Source of the DNA: Planctomycetota bacterium
Lineage (GTDB): Bacteria; Planctomycetota; UBA8108; SXIK01
Assembly (NCBI GenBank): GCA_965223265.1
Contig: OZ244999.1
Span: forward strand, 7,168,001 to 7,232,000
Length of the DNA: 64,000 nt
Reading direction: 5' to 3'
Of this stretch, positions 9,992-20,665 are shown in pieces; positions within the stretch are counted from its first letter, which is position 1, and each line of letters opens with the position of its first letter. The notes below the pieces were generated by a model. The model searched no databases. It worked only from the letters and a program-made list of their open reading frames with translations, and was not told the origin of the DNA. Both the position numbers and the translations under genes were made by a program.

Positions 9992-11410
9992 ATGACTTGG
10001 CTACGTCGAGTTCGAATCCTGGTGGGGGCCCTCGTTTGGATCGCTGTCGGAGCGGCAACAGCTCGGCTTCTGACAGAGACTCGAGACAGCGGCAAATCGA
10101 ACACCCTCGCTCTGATTTCGGACTACGTGGCCGCCGAGCCGATCGAGCTTGAGATCGAGATCACCGCCCCGAGGTTTCTTGAGCTTGGCGACACCGTGTC
10201 CATCGCCCCGGGCGGTGACATCGAAACCGGTGACAACGAAACCGGTGACAACGAAACCGGTGACAAACAAACGAATGGCGGTCAACCCGGCGCGGTGGCG
10301 GCCATAGGCGCCGAGAACGGCAACGGATCGGTCGCCGACGCGGGGCAACCGATCGGCGTCGTCGTCGCCCTCGTCGACGAGAGCGGCAATGCGATTCCAC
10401 GTTTCTACCATCAGAGCGTCCGTGTCGCGCGGATCCGCATCTTTGACCGCGCCGCTGCCGATCTGCGTGCCGACGCCAGCGCGAGGCTCCTTCTCGTGCC
10501 CGATGCCCTCGACTGGGTCGTCGACACCCTGATCACCTCCGACAACATTCCTCAACTCGCCTTCGAGTGGAACAAGATGATGCTGCGGCACCGCGAAGAG
10601 ATCTTCCGTCTCCTCACGCCCATCGTCCGCGACGTCGTGCGCGACATCGAAGCCACCGTAGAGGAGTCGTTCGGCGCGTTCGTGGCACGACATCGCGACA
10701 AAACAGCGAAGATCGGCGCGGCCATGCGCTCTGAGTTCGACACCGAGGCTCTCCGCGAAGTCGTCGCTGCTGAGGTCTTTCCGATTGCCGAGGCGAAGCT
10801 GAGACCTGTCTTCGACAGTATCAGTGCAAGAATCTGGGACAAAGCCCCGCTATGGAGCTTCACCTGGCGCGTCGCGGTCCAGTCGCTCCCGCTTACCGAC
10901 GACGACTACGTCGAGACAGCGTGGAATCGCTTCGCGCGCGAGGAGGTCAGACCCATCTTGCAGGATCACCTCGACGAAATCGTCGGTGCGTCGAAGGAGA
11001 TCGCTGCTGCCGCCCTCGCCAGCGACGGCGTGCGCGATCAACTCCGCGGCATGTTCGCAAAGCTGCTCGACAATTCCGACTTTCATGCGCTGGCGCAGAT
11101 TTTTATCAAAGAGACGTTTCTAGACAACCGCGACTTCCACGAGCGCATGCTGACGCGCCTGCGCTCGCCAGAGGTGCAGCGAGCGCTCGATGCCGCCTCA
11201 CGTCACGTCGAACCGATGCTGAGGCGTATGGGCGATATCATCTTTGGGACACGCCAGGCCGGCATCACTACCGAGTTCGCGCGTGTGCTGCGGGCACAAA
11301 TCCTCCGCAAGGATCGACGACGCTTCGTCCTCACACGAGGCAGCGATCCGCGGCGACTGCAGGAAGGCACGCGACTCCGCGCGTCGGTCGAATGGGACAA
11401 CCCGAAGTGA
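9992..11410 (+). CDS. N-terminally membrane-anchored protein with long helical region; possible MlaD/MCE-like partner of the downstream ABC gene
   Basis: N-terminal TM helix, short beta region (LELGDTV...IGVV) with a triple ETGD insert, long amphipathic helical C-terminus; stop overlaps the next GTG. Confidence 0.6.
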   Translation: MTWLRRVRILVGALVWIAVGAATARLLTETRDSGKSNTLALISDYVAAEPIELEIEITAPRFLELGDTVSIAPGGDIETGDNETGDNETGDKQTNGGQPGAVAAIGAENGNGSVADAGQPIGVVVALVDESGNAIPRFYHQSVRVARIRIFDRAAADLRADASARLLLVPDALDWVVDTLITSDNIPQLAFEWNKMMLRHREEIFRLLTPIVRDVVRDIEATVEESFGAFVARHRDKTAKIGAAMRSEFDTEALREVVAAEVFPIAEAKLRPVFDSISARIWDKAPLWSFTWRVAVQSLPLTDDDYVETAWNRFAREEVRPILQDHLDEIVGASKEIAAAALASDGVRDQLRGMFAKLLDNSDFHALAQIFIKETFLDNRDFHERMLTRLRSPEVQRALDAASRHVEPMLRRMGDIIFGTRQAGITTEFARVLRAQILRKDRRRFVLTRGSDPRRLQEGTRLRASVEWDNPK

Positions 11411-13098
11411 ACGAGACGACTCACGAAAGCGCCGAACAGAGCGGAGACGGGAGCGAAAGCGAACACAGCGCAGCCGGCGACCGCGTCAACGGAGCCGGCA
11501 TCGCAATCGAGAACCTGACCGTGCGCGTCGCCGGGCGGACGCTACTGGAAGGAACCGACGCCGAATTCCCGGGCGGGCGGGTGACGCTCGTCGTGGGCGC
11601 GAGCGGGGCTGGCAAGACAGTCCTTATGCGCATCCTCGCCGGCCTCCTCAGAGCCAGCGATCCCGCCGTGGAGATCACAGGCACAGTGCGGGTCGGCTCG
11701 CACGCCGTGGCGCTCACTGGCGGTCCTCGAGAAGCTTCTCCGGTGGGCATCGTCTTTCAGAACTTCGCGCTTTTCGACGAGCTCTCAGCCGAAGAGAACG
11801 TCCGCTTCGCGCTCGATCACGTCGAACATCACCAACAAGGAAATCCGGACAGAGCGGCGCAGGCAGTGCAAAACGAATCCGTCCGCACAGCGACCACGAC
11901 GGCGCGCGCACTCGTCGACGAATTCTCTGTTCCGACCGAAGTTCCCGTGAGCGCTCTCAGTGGCGGCCAGAAGCAGCGCCTGGCGATCGCACGCACTTTG
12001 GCCTACGACCCGCCGATTCTCCTCTATGACGAGCCGACCTCTGGTCTCGACCCGGCGAACGCACGTCGAGTTGCCGAGCGTATCCGCAGCACGGGCGAAG
12101 TTCACGGCAAGACGACCATCGTCGTGACGCACGACTACGCCCACCTGGCGCCGATCGCGGATGCGGTCTTTCTCCTCGATCCGCAGGCGCAGAAACTCGT
12201 TGAACTCGAGCCAAGTCAGCGCGAACGCCTCGCCGAGCTGACGGCCGCACCGGCGGCGCCGGAAAGAAACCGCCCAGCGGCGTCGTTTCTCGGAGGCATC
12301 GCGCGACAAGGCCAGCAGCTCCTCGAGCGGACTGGCGGCGCGGCCGAGAAGGTTCTCACGACCCCGCTGGCCCTCCTTCCCATCTGGCGCAGCTGGCGCT
12401 GGGGCCTGCGGTACCTCCGCCACTATCTGTCGCTCATCGCCTCACCCAGCGCGTGTCTCTATTTCGCCGCGGCAGGATTGATCGCGGGGTTCGTGTCGAC
12501 GCACTTCGTATTCAAATTCTTGCCGCACAAACAGTACACCGAGCCTCTCCTGGTGGATGAGCTTCTGCAAGGATTGGGCTTCGCGCTCTACCGGATTCTA
12601 GTTCCGGTGCTGCTGACGGTCCTCCTGGCGGCCCGTTGCGCCGCCGCTGTCGCCGCCGACATCGGGCATCGCATCTACGCGCATCAATTCGACGCGATGC
12701 GCTCACTCGGAGCTCGCCCCGAGCGCTACCTGCTCACCAACATTCTGCTCGCTTTCGTCATCGGCACGCCGGTCCTGGTGGGCCTCGGTTTTCTCGCAGC
12801 GAAATACACCAGTCTTGTCGTGTTTCTCTACAACTACCCCAATCGAGGTGCCCATTTTTGGGACGCCAACTTCCACCTGGACCTGCGGGTTCCGGGCAAG
12901 ATTTTTTACTGGGGAAGCTCTTGGCTTTTGGCTAAATTGCTGATCGCCGGATTGGGTGTAGGAAGCATCGCGTATCACATAGGCCGACTCCCCAAGCCGT
13001 CGGGAGTCGCTGTGGCGAAAGGCATTACAGCGACGATTATCGGAGCGACGCTCTACGTCCTGTTGGTCCACTTCGGGTTCGCATTTCTGGAATTCTAG
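11407..13098 (+). CDS. ABC transporter ATPase fused to an MlaE-like permease
   Basis: GTG 11407 overlaps the upstream TGA; Walker A GASGAGKT, Q-loop VFQNFALF, LSGGQKQR, LLYDEPTSGLD, VTHD; C-terminal TM domain with P.LT.VLLAAR.AAA.AADIG...Q.DAMRSLG..P.RYL typical of MlaE. Confidence 0.85.
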   Translation: MNETTHESAEQSGDGSESEHSAAGDRVNGAGIAIENLTVRVAGRTLLEGTDAEFPGGRVTLVVGASGAGKTVLMRILAGLLRASDPAVEITGTVRVGSHAVALTGGPREASPVGIVFQNFALFDELSAEENVRFALDHVEHHQQGNPDRAAQAVQNESVRTATTTARALVDEFSVPTEVPVSALSGGQKQRLAIARTLAYDPPILLYDEPTSGLDPANARRVAERIRSTGEVHGKTTIVVTHDYAHLAPIADAVFLLDPQAQKLVELEPSQRERLAELTAAPAAPERNRPAASFLGGIARQGQQLLERTGGAAEKVLTTPLALLPIWRSWRWGLRYLRHYLSLIASPSACLYFAAAGLIAGFVSTHFVFKFLPHKQYTEPLLVDELLQGLGFALYRILVPVLLTVLLAARCAAAVAADIGHRIYAHQFDAMRSLGARPERYLLTNILLAFVIGTPVLVGLGFLAAKYTSLVVFLYNYPNRGAHFWDANFHLDLRVPGKIFYWGSSWLLAKLLIAGLGVGSIAYHIGRLPKPSGVAVAKGITATIIGATLYVLLVHFGFAFLEF

Positions 13099-13300
13099 GC
13101 GAAGCCACGACCAGTTGAAATCCGAAGAAACAAACTACCGGCCCGTCGGGAGAGGGTCATCTCCGTCGGCCGGAGAACGCGCACCCAAGTTTCGCGCCAG
13201 GCTCGCTGACGGAGGCGCCGCGCGACCCAGCGTGGGTGGAAGTCTACAACTAGCATAATCCGACGACTCTTCTCGAAAAGAACTGGAGAGAGGCCCTTCG

Positions 13301-15400
13301 ATGGACGCAATTCTTTACGGCAGTCTGGCTGTCGCGATCGTTTCGCTCGGGTTCGCCTTCTTTCGCCGTGCCACCATCTTCAAGCACGACCGCGGCACGG
13401 CGGAAATGATCGAGATCGCGCAGGCAACGCAGCAGGGCGCCATGGCCTTTCTGCGCCGCGAGTACAGTGTCTTAGTTGTGTTCGCAATCATCGTCTTCGT
13501 CTGCATCGGTTTCGGCCTGAGCGATTCGGGAGGTTGGTGGACGGGCGTCTGTTTCTTGTACGGTGCGTTTTCAAGCGCATTGGCAGGATTCGTCGGTATG
13601 CGAGTGGCAACGAGCAGCGCCGTACGGACCACTGAAGCAGCAAAGACTGGGCTCGCCAGAGCATTGAACGTCGCATTCTCGAGTGGTGCGGTCATGGGCT
13701 TCACGGTCGTCGGCCTTGGTCTTCTCGGTGTCTGCGTCCTGACATTGGCCTTCAAGACCGTCGGTGCTGAGGAACTCGGACTCGGGCGGTGGATTGACCC
13801 GATCTTCGGGTTCTCCTTCGGCGCCTCGTCTATCGCACTGTTTGCGAGGGTGGGGGGTGGTATTTTCACCAAAGCGGCAGATGTCGGTGCTGACCTTGTG
13901 GGCAAAGTGGAAAGCGGCATCCCGGAAGACGACCCTCGCAACCCAGCAACGATCGCTGACAATGTCGGTGACAATGTCGGCGACGTGGCCGGAATGGGTG
14001 CGGATCTCTTCGAGTCCTACGTCGGCGCCATCATCGCCTCGATGGCGATCGGCTATGCGCTTCTGAACGCCGAGGGCACGAATGAAGCGCTGATCTTCTT
14101 TCCCGTGATGCTGGCAGGCATTGGCATCCTGGCGGCCATCGTTGGCACCTTCGCGGTGCGCGCCAACGACGAAGCCAAGGTCAACTCTGCCCTCTTCAAC
14201 GGTCTTCTCGTCGCCTCCGTCGTACTGGTCGGCGGTTCCGCGATTCTGACGCATTTACTTGGCGAGCGACTCTCCTTCACCACGTCGTCTGAAACGGTCG
14301 TCAGCAACTGGGCGATCGCTGGCACCGTGTGGCTCGGGCTCTTCCTCGGGCTCGCCATCGGCAAGATCACGGAATACTACACCTCAGAGAAGATGCGTCA
14401 CGCGCAGGCGATTGCGGAGCAATCGCTCACCGGTACGGCGACGAACATCATTCACGGGCTCGCTGTGGGCATGCAGTCGACGGCACTGCCGATGATCTGT
14501 ATCGCAGTAGCGATCTACCTTTCGCATCACTTCGCGGGTCTCTATGGGATCGCGATCTCCGCGGTCGGAATGCTCTCAACGCTCGGGATTTCGCTGGCTG
14601 TGGATGCCTACGGCCCCGTCGCCGACAATGCGGGCGGTATCGCCGAAATGTCCCACTGCGATCCAGAAGTCCGCAACCGCACCGACTCCCTCGACGCGGT
14701 CGGCAACACGACCGCAGCGATCGGCAAGGGATTCGCGATCGGCTCCGCCGCCCTCACCGCCTTGGCCCTCTTCGTCACCTTCAAGCAGGAGGTCATGGCG
14801 CGCGCCGCAACCATGGAGGGGCACCCCTTAGCCGGAGGCTTTCAGATCGACGTACTCTCACCGAAGGTGATGATCGGCCTCTTGATCGGCGGTATGATGA
14901 CTTTTCTCTTCACAGCGCTGACGATGAAAGCCGTCGGACGCGCCGCGAGGAAGATGATCGAAGAGGTACGAGATCAATTCAGGACGCGAAAGGGAATCCT
15001 CGACGGTACGGAAAAGCCCGACTACGCGCGCTGCGTTGATATCTCGACAACTGCGGCGCTCAAGGAAATGGTGCTCCCCGGAGTCCTTGCGGTTGTCGTG
15101 CCGATCATTTTCGGTAAGTTCATCGGCGTGGAAGCGCTCGGCGGCCTGCTGGCGGGAGCACTGGTCAGTGGTGTTCTCCTGGCGATCTTCATGGCGAACT
15201 CCGGCGGCGCCTGGGACAACGCCAAGAAATACATCGAAAGCGGCCACCACGGCGGCAAGGGTTCAGACGCTCACAAAGCGAGCGTCGTCGGCGATACCGT
15301 CGGCGATCCGTTCAAAGACACGTCGGGACCATCGATCAACATTCTCATCAAACTGATGTCGATCGTGTCTCTCGTGTTCGTACCGTTCTTCCTGAGCTGA
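13301..15400 (+). CDS. hppA: Membrane-bound ion-translocating pyrophosphatase, K+-dependent type (probably Na+-pumping)
   Basis: [66 protein letters not shown]; GNTTAA (Ala rather than Lys) marks K+ dependence. Confidence 0.96.
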   Translation: MDAILYGSLAVAIVSLGFAFFRRATIFKHDRGTAEMIEIAQATQQGAMAFLRREYSVLVVFAIIVFVCIGFGLSDSGGWWTGVCFLYGAFSSALAGFVGMRVATSSAVRTTEAAKTGLARALNVAFSSGAVMGFTVVGLGLLGVCVLTLAFKTVGAEELGLGRWIDPIFGFSFGASSIALFARVGGGIFTKAADVGADLVGKVESGIPEDDPRNPATIADNVGDNVGDVAGMGADLFESYVGAIIASMAIGYALLNAEGTNEALIFFPVMLAGIGILAAIVGTFAVRANDEAKVNSALFNGLLVASVVLVGGSAILTHLLGERLSFTTSSETVVSNWAIAGTVWLGLFLGLAIGKITEYYTSEKMRHAQAIAEQSLTGTATNIIHGLAVGMQSTALPMICIAVAIYLSHHFAGLYGIAISAVGMLSTLGISLAVDAYGPVADNAGGIAEMSHCDPEVRNRTDSLDAVGNTTAAIGKGFAIGSAALTALALFVTFKQEVMARAATMEGHPLAGGFQIDVLSPKVMIGLLIGGMMTFLFTALTMKAVGRAARKMIEEVRDQFRTRKGILDGTEKPDYARCVDISTTAALKEMVLPGVLAVVVPIIFGKFIGVEALGGLLAGALVSGVLLAIFMANSGGAWDNAKKYIESGHHGGKGSDAHKASVVGDTVGDPFKDTSGPSINILIKLMSIVSLVFVPFFLS

Positions 15401-15574
15401 ACACCAGCGAGGCTCGGAAAGAATCACAGCGTCGGCCGACTCGAGGCGAGGACCTTTGAGGGCTATCTAGCGCCCGGGGTTTGGGGCTTGAATATGGTGC
15501 GCACTGCGAGCTCCGAATTGCGCGGCGATCGAACTTTTCCCTTGAATCACCCTGACTTCATCAGCCTAATGTAG

Positions 15575-15605
15575 GAAAGATTTTTCTCATATCATAGAAT
15601 CTTTC
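15575..15605. promoter_or_regulatory. AT-rich inverted repeat, candidate operator upstream of the 15736 gene
   Basis: GAAAGATT (15575-15582) and AATCTTTC (15598-15605) within an AT-rich patch of a GC-rich genome. Confidence 0.35.
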
Positions 15606-15735
15606 TTAAACTACAAAACGGGAAGTCTGGCAAAGGATCCATGGGTTGTGATCCTCTCGCGTAGTCAAAGGCGAGACCAGGCAACTTCTTGCACAGGCAT
15701 TAGGTCGAAGTGCCTCTCAGGCAGGAGGGTGTGTC

Positions 15736-16461
15736 ATGACGTCGACAGGACGCCGTGCCGTAGCAACCATCGCGGCCGCCGCGAGCGTGATGATCGTCGC
15801 GCAGTGGACACTCTCGGATCACACCGGCAGCGGGCAAGGGGGCATTGACGACGTCGAATTGATCGGCATCAAGGACCCGGAGGAACTCCAGGTCTTTCGC
15901 TCCGTGCTCAACGACGCGTCGGTTCAAGAACTCGTACTTACCACCGCCCACCCGCTTCCACTCTGGTCGATCACATCGCGTCTCGTCCCGACCGAGGCTG
16001 GAGAGTCCTGCCTCGCTCCCGACGTCGGCGATAGCGGGCAAAAGTACCTGCTGTCGCTAGATTTCGCGGCGCGAAGTCGGACCACTCGACGCGTCTATCG
16101 AGTCGAATACTCAGCGTGCAAGATCGACACAACATCCTACGACGTGCGTTTGCACTCGGCTCGATTTGCCAGCGGTGGAGAGCCCACGGTGTCGGCATTG
16201 CCCGTGGTCTCCGGCAGGTCGAGCTACACAATTCTACGGAACGCGTTTTCAGACCCAGTGGTCACCGACGAACTAGAGCTCTATCTGGGCGGCGTCGAAC
16301 TCTCCTTCACCCTGCGATATGACGCCGAGCGCAGCACTGTCGAAGGCCTCGACTGGTTTCACCTCCTGGTGAAGGAGGGTGGCAACGAATCGGTGGTCGC
16401 AACGTTTGAAGTGCTCTACGACGATGCGGCCGACACGGTCGAGTTCACGCACCTGGATTGA
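15736..16461 (+). CDS. Hypothetical exported protein
   Basis: GGAGG RBS upstream; signal/anchor-like N-terminus; beta-rich acidic body. Confidence 0.65.
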   Translation: MTSTGRRAVATIAAAASVMIVAQWTLSDHTGSGQGGIDDVELIGIKDPEELQVFRSVLNDASVQELVLTTAHPLPLWSITSRLVPTEAGESCLAPDVGDSGQKYLLSLDFAARSRTTRRVYRVEYSACKIDTTSYDVRLHSARFASGGEPTVSALPVVSGRSSYTILRNAFSDPVVTDELELYLGGVELSFTLRYDAERSTVEGLDWFHLLVKEGGNESVVATFEVLYDDAADTVEFTHLD

Positions 16462-16513
16462 TCGTCCGGGAGCAGCGACGAGGGGGCCCGCAGCGAGAGT
16501 TGCAGTCAAACCT

Positions 16514-18070
16514 ATGAAATCAGCATGGCAGGAGCTGTCGAGATGTTTGAACGCGTACTGCTGCGAGGGAGACGCCGGAAGCTGGCCTCGCGCTGAACGG
16601 CTACTGATTCAACTGCCGTTAGATGGCTCGTCACCGCTCGAACGAGTTCACCGCAGCGCACAGTTCCTTGCCTCGTTTGGGCACACCGACGAGGCTCATC
16701 GAGTCACCGAGCTGCACCGAAAGCATCATCAAAGGATTCGATTCGCCGCGCCGGGAAGTGCTGGGTGCGAAGTGCAGCGGACGACAATCTACGATGCGAT
16801 CCACCTGGGGATCCGTATGCAGCAGCAGCGCGGCAATCCAGGCCCCTCCGTCTCCTGGAGTCGCCTTGGCGGTATCGGTTGGGTGGAAAACCTTCGCCTC
16901 GCCCTGGCTCTTCGCACTCACGAGCACAGCCGCGTGCTCGAGTGTCTACGGTCGAAAGCCCATCTCACCAACTACGACATGGCCTGCAGGCTCTGCTTGT
17001 TGGCAAGGCACTACTTCCTCCGCGGACATCTGTCGCGTGGGCTCGGCCTCATACGGTCCGCGTACCGTCGATTAGCGAAGGATGAGTCATGCGACGCTGA
17101 GCTCCGCCGCACCGAATGCTGTGGACTGCAGGGCATGATCGCGCTTCAGGAGGGCAAGCTCGATCTCGCTGAGGACTTGTTCCGCACGACGATCCGCATG
17201 GCGACCGAGCTCAAGCACGAACAACAGATCGCCTACTATCGCCAAGAGTTGGCCGTGTCCTATTCGCGTCGTGGAGACTTCGACGAGGCTCGGGCACTCA
17301 TGTGCGACCTACTCGATCACTTGAACGCCACGGAGCCAAGGAGCGACGCGCAAAGGGTTCGACGTGCCGCGATCGAAATTTCAGCAGCGCAAATGGCGCT
17401 CGACCGTGGTGACGTCGAAGCTGCGCGACAGCACTATCGCGTCGCCCACGAAGCGTTCGCCGCGACGACCGAACCAGTGATCCAAGGTCACCTGGCTCTC
17501 CTTCGCGCGCGACTCCTCAAGGAGGAGGGTGCTGCGAGGCTCCCCCACGCGCTCGCAGAATTCCAGGCCGCTGAACATCTCTTCGGCGGTTTCGGCGACG
17601 GCCTGATCCTCGGACTCTTCCGCGTCTCTCTGCACCGGGCACACGCGCTGCTGAGGTTCGGAGAATTAGACGCGGCGATGACTGACGTGCTCCGCTGTCT
17701 CGAATACGCGCGCGAGCGCCGCTACTTTCCAGCGCGAGCCGCCGGATTGCTGCTGAAGACTCAACTGCTGCTGCAAAAACAAGGCGGTGCGAAAGTCGAC
17801 AGCATGTACGAGGAAGTGCTGAGGGGTCTCGGCGCCATCGCAAATCCACGCATCCTCTTTCGAGTCGTCGCCAACCTTTACCTGCACACCTGGGATCGTC
17901 AGGACGACCTCGAGCTAACCCAATACCACCTCGACCAGCTCCACGAGCTCAAGCGTTTTTTCGACGCGCGATCCTACGAACGCCTCTACACCCGCTACGT
18001 CACCATGCCGGTGCTGCATCGCGCGCTGGCGGAGGGATTCGGCGAGACGCCGATCGAGGTGGCGGAGTGA
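16514..18070 (+). CDS. Tetratricopeptide-repeat-like helical protein
   Basis: Repeated TPR-like helices (GMIALQEGKLDLAEDLF, LAVSYSRRGDFDEARAL, AQMALDRGDVEAARQHY, LLRFGELDAAM). Confidence 0.7.
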   Translation: MKSAWQELSRCLNAYCCEGDAGSWPRAERLLIQLPLDGSSPLERVHRSAQFLASFGHTDEAHRVTELHRKHHQRIRFAAPGSAGCEVQRTTIYDAIHLGIRMQQQRGNPGPSVSWSRLGGIGWVENLRLALALRTHEHSRVLECLRSKAHLTNYDMACRLCLLARHYFLRGHLSRGLGLIRSAYRRLAKDESCDAELRRTECCGLQGMIALQEGKLDLAEDLFRTTIRMATELKHEQQIAYYRQELAVSYSRRGDFDEARALMCDLLDHLNATEPRSDAQRVRRAAIEISAAQMALDRGDVEAARQHYRVAHEAFAATTEPVIQGHLALLRARLLKEEGAARLPHALAEFQAAEHLFGGFGDGLILGLFRVSLHRAHALLRFGELDAAMTDVLRCLEYARERRYFPARAAGLLLKTQLLLQKQGGAKVDSMYEEVLRGLGAIANPRILFRVVANLYLHTWDRQDDLELTQYHLDQLHELKRFFDARSYERLYTRYVTMPVLHRALAEGFGETPIEVAE

Positions 18071-18113
18071 CCGGGAACGACGCGTAGCGGGGCGACTGTC
18101 GCCGGGGGCGGTT

Positions 18114-18420
18114 TTGCGTTTGCGTTTGCGTGGGAGTGCACGCTTCTTCAGCGTAGCAGGCACACGGCGTGTGCCGTCCGGCCTTGTCGGCGTGCGCGTC
18201 GGCCGTTCCCGTGGGTGTGGGAGTCCGTGTGGGAGGGGGAGTGGGAGGGGGAGTGGGAGGGGGAGTGGGAGGGGGAGTCCGTGTGGGAGTGGGTGCGCGC
18301 CTCTTCAACGTGGCAGGCACACGCCGTGTGCCGTCCGGCCTTGTCGGCGTGCGCGTCGGCCGTTCCCGTGGGTGTGGGAGGCCGTGTGGGAGGCCGTGTG
18401 GGAGGCCGTGTGGGTTGGGG
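18114..18420 (+). repeat. Composite repeat: two ~157-bp-period units, each a GTAG-type REP palindrome plus G-rich hexamer tracts
   Basis: GT(A/G)GCAGGCACACG(G/C)CGTGTGCCGTCCGGCCTTGTCGGCGTGCGCGTCGGCCGTTCCCGTGGGTGTGGGA starts at 18153 and 18310; (GGGAGG GGGAGT)n and (GGGAGG CCGTGT)n tracts follow. Confidence 0.85.
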
Positions 18421-18574
18421 TCACCGTACGGCGGCGGTCTTGTCGAGCGTACGCGGTGCTCGCGGGTGTGAAGTCGAGCACACAATGCACCTCCAACCTT
18501 CCGCTGTCGTAAGTCCTTTCGGTGTAAGCCGACGTAATCTGACGAATCTTTGATACAACCCGGTCGATTTACCT

Positions 18575-20665
18575 TCATAGGTCGTCGAAGAGCGTCATCT
18601 GGTTCTTCGCGCAGCCCTCCTTAGGCGGGAATCGACCCGTCGCCTTGAGCGTCGCCACGAGGCTCCGGACTCCTGGGGAGTCCAGCTCGTGGCGAGAGAC
18701 GCGCCAGGGGGCGAACTCGGCGACTTGGTTTTTCCTGATCAATCCTCGTTCGACAAGCGTACGTAATGCTATCGAGGAAACTCCTAGGTACTTGCTGGCG
18801 CCGTTCATCGACAACGCATCATCGGAGGACTGCGCTGAATTGATACCGTTGTGTTTGCGAAATTCGGTCACCTTGTCTTTGGTCCACCGTGTGGTCGTGA
18901 GCCTTCGTCTGTTAAGCACTAAGGCAATCTCGCTGTCACTATGCGCCGCGGCGCTGAGCCGCTTGATCAGCTCGAGCACCGAAACTTCCCTTGATGCCTT
19001 CGGAGAGGGGAATCGCAACAGCTCGGAGGTAGAGTGTACGCCGCCCTTCCAGTGAATCGTCAATTCCAGGCGGCGACTTTGCCGATTGGATCCAACGAGC
19101 TCGCCGCTCTCCTTGATCATGATCTCGTGAATCGCTGCTCGCAGCAGAGTCTTCTTCAGCCTGACATCAATCGTCGATCGCCAGACCAACTGGAAGTTCC
19201 GTGCGAGAGTCTCGAGACGTTTTCGCTCTGCGACAGTCAACGTCAATCTCGACGACTGCTGCTTGTGGAGTGTCTCCTTTGCCTCGGCAAGCCGCTGAAG
19301 CTTGTCGTTGAGACGTTTCTCGAGGTTGTCCGCAACAAGGCGATTCCTCGGATCGCACGCGTCGAACTGTTCGAATGCATGACTGGCGGCGTACTGCGCA
19401 GCCTCGATCTGCTGCTTCGCGTAGTTCAACTCGTCGGCTCGGCTCTTCTCGATCTGCTCGAACGCCCTGGTCGCAGCCTCGATCCCCGAGGAGTCAAGCG
19501 CTCGACACAACTGCTGCGCGACGATCGGGTCAACGCGACATGCCCCAACAGAGAGACAAATGCGTGAGTTCCCCTTTCGTGTGCCGTCGCAGTAATAGAA
19601 GGCCTTCTCGTATCGGTACCGGACCTTCAGCTGATCGCCACAGTGACCACAACGCAACATCCCCGCCAGGAGAGCCTGGCCTTCCCGCGCGGCTCCTCGG
19701 TTGCCGTCGAGCCCTCTTCGCGGTCGATTCTGCGATAGCTTCTTCAAGTTCGCTTCGTACTCTGACCAATCGATGTAGGCTGGGTGATGGTCACGGATCA
19801 TCACCCGAGCTTCACCAGGATCTTGCCGACGTTCACGCTGTTTGACCAGCCTCCCATCGGCGATCTTGCTTGTCGTCCTTGAACGACCCCAAGCGTAGGC
19901 TCCAGCATAGGTCGGATTGACCAGGAGGTTGTGTAGCGACTTGGCCGACGGCACCGCCCACCTGACCGTCTTGTTGCCCAAGCCCCGACTCGGAAACTCG
20001 ATCCCCGCGTCTCGGTAATGCAATGCGAGCTGTCGGGCACTACTGGAGCCACGGAAGTCCTGAAAGACACGGCGGATCGCGGTACGGATTCTCTCGTCGG
20101 GATCGAAGACAATCTCAGTGTCGTCGTAGACGTAGCCGATCGGTAACTGAATCCACAGCTCACCTCGCTTCGCTTTCGCCTGCTGACCTAGGCGCAACCG
20201 CAAGCGAATCGTCGCAAGCTCGGCTTCTGAGATCGAGCCACGGATGCCGATCAACAGTCTGTCGTTAGAGAGCGACAGATCGTAGACCTGCTCGGTGTCC
20301 GCGATCAGCGTATTGAAGTGCTGACAAAGCTCCATCAGTCGCGCCCAGTCCACCGAATTCCTCGACAGTCGGGAAATCTCGAGACAGAAGATAATCCCGA
20401 CTTCCCCGGCAATGACCCAGCTCTTCAGTTTCTCGAAGCCGGGGCGATCGACGAATCCAGAAGCCGACTCGCCGAGATCGTCCTCGATGAGAATCGGCTC
20501 GCGCCAGCCAAGATCGACCGCCTTGTGCCTCAGTTCGCGTTGCAGGCGCGTGCTCTCTTCGTTGTTCTTCACCTGTGTTGGCGACGATTGACGAATGTAT
20601 ACTACTGCCGCGCGCCTGAGGTGCTCGGTAGTGACGCCACCTGGATGATTGCTATCGATCCTCAT
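18575..20665 (-). CDS. Large serine recombinase (resolvase catalytic domain, recombinase domain, zinc ribbon, C-terminal HTH)
   Basis: AVVYIRQSS (catalytic Ser), DDLGESASG..DRPGF, EISRLSRN, CGHCG...YYC...C zinc ribbon, coiled coil, HTH LSMNGASKYLGVS; GGAGG RBS before ATG 20665. Confidence 0.93.
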   Translation of the reverse strand: MRIDSNHPGGVTTEHLRRAAVVYIRQSSPTQVKNNEESTRLQRELRHKAVDLGWREPILIEDDLGESASGFVDRPGFEKLKSWVIAGEVGIIFCLEISRLSRNSVDWARLMELCQHFNTLIADTEQVYDLSLSNDRLLIGIRGSISEAELATIRLRLRLGQQAKAKRGELWIQLPIGYVYDDTEIVFDPDERIRTAIRRVFQDFRGSSSARQLALHYRDAGIEFPSRGLGNKTVRWAVPSAKSLHNLLVNPTYAGAYAWGRSRTTSKIADGRLVKQRERRQDPGEARVMIRDHHPAYIDWSEYEANLKKLSQNRPRRGLDGNRGAAREGQALLAGMLRCGHCGDQLKVRYRYEKAFYYCDGTRKGNSRICLSVGACRVDPIVAQQLCRALDSSGIEAATRAFEQIEKSRADELNYAKQQIEAAQYAASHAFEQFDACDPRNRLVADNLEKRLNDKLQRLAEAKETLHKQQSSRLTLTVAERKRLETLARNFQLVWRSTIDVRLKKTLLRAAIHEIMIKESGELVGSNRQSRRLELTIHWKGGVHSTSELLRFPSPKASREVSVLELIKRLSAAAHSDSEIALVLNRRRLTTTRWTKDKVTEFRKHNGINSAQSSDDALSMNGASKYLGVSSIALRTLVERGLIRKNQVAEFAPWRVSRHELDSPGVRSLVATLKATGRFPPKEGCAKNQMTLFDDL

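Noticed and set aside
10852-11406. N-terminal 185 aa of the 748-aa ORF
   Set aside because: Off-frame overlap with the upstream gene; GTG 11407 coupled to the upstream stop is the plausible start.
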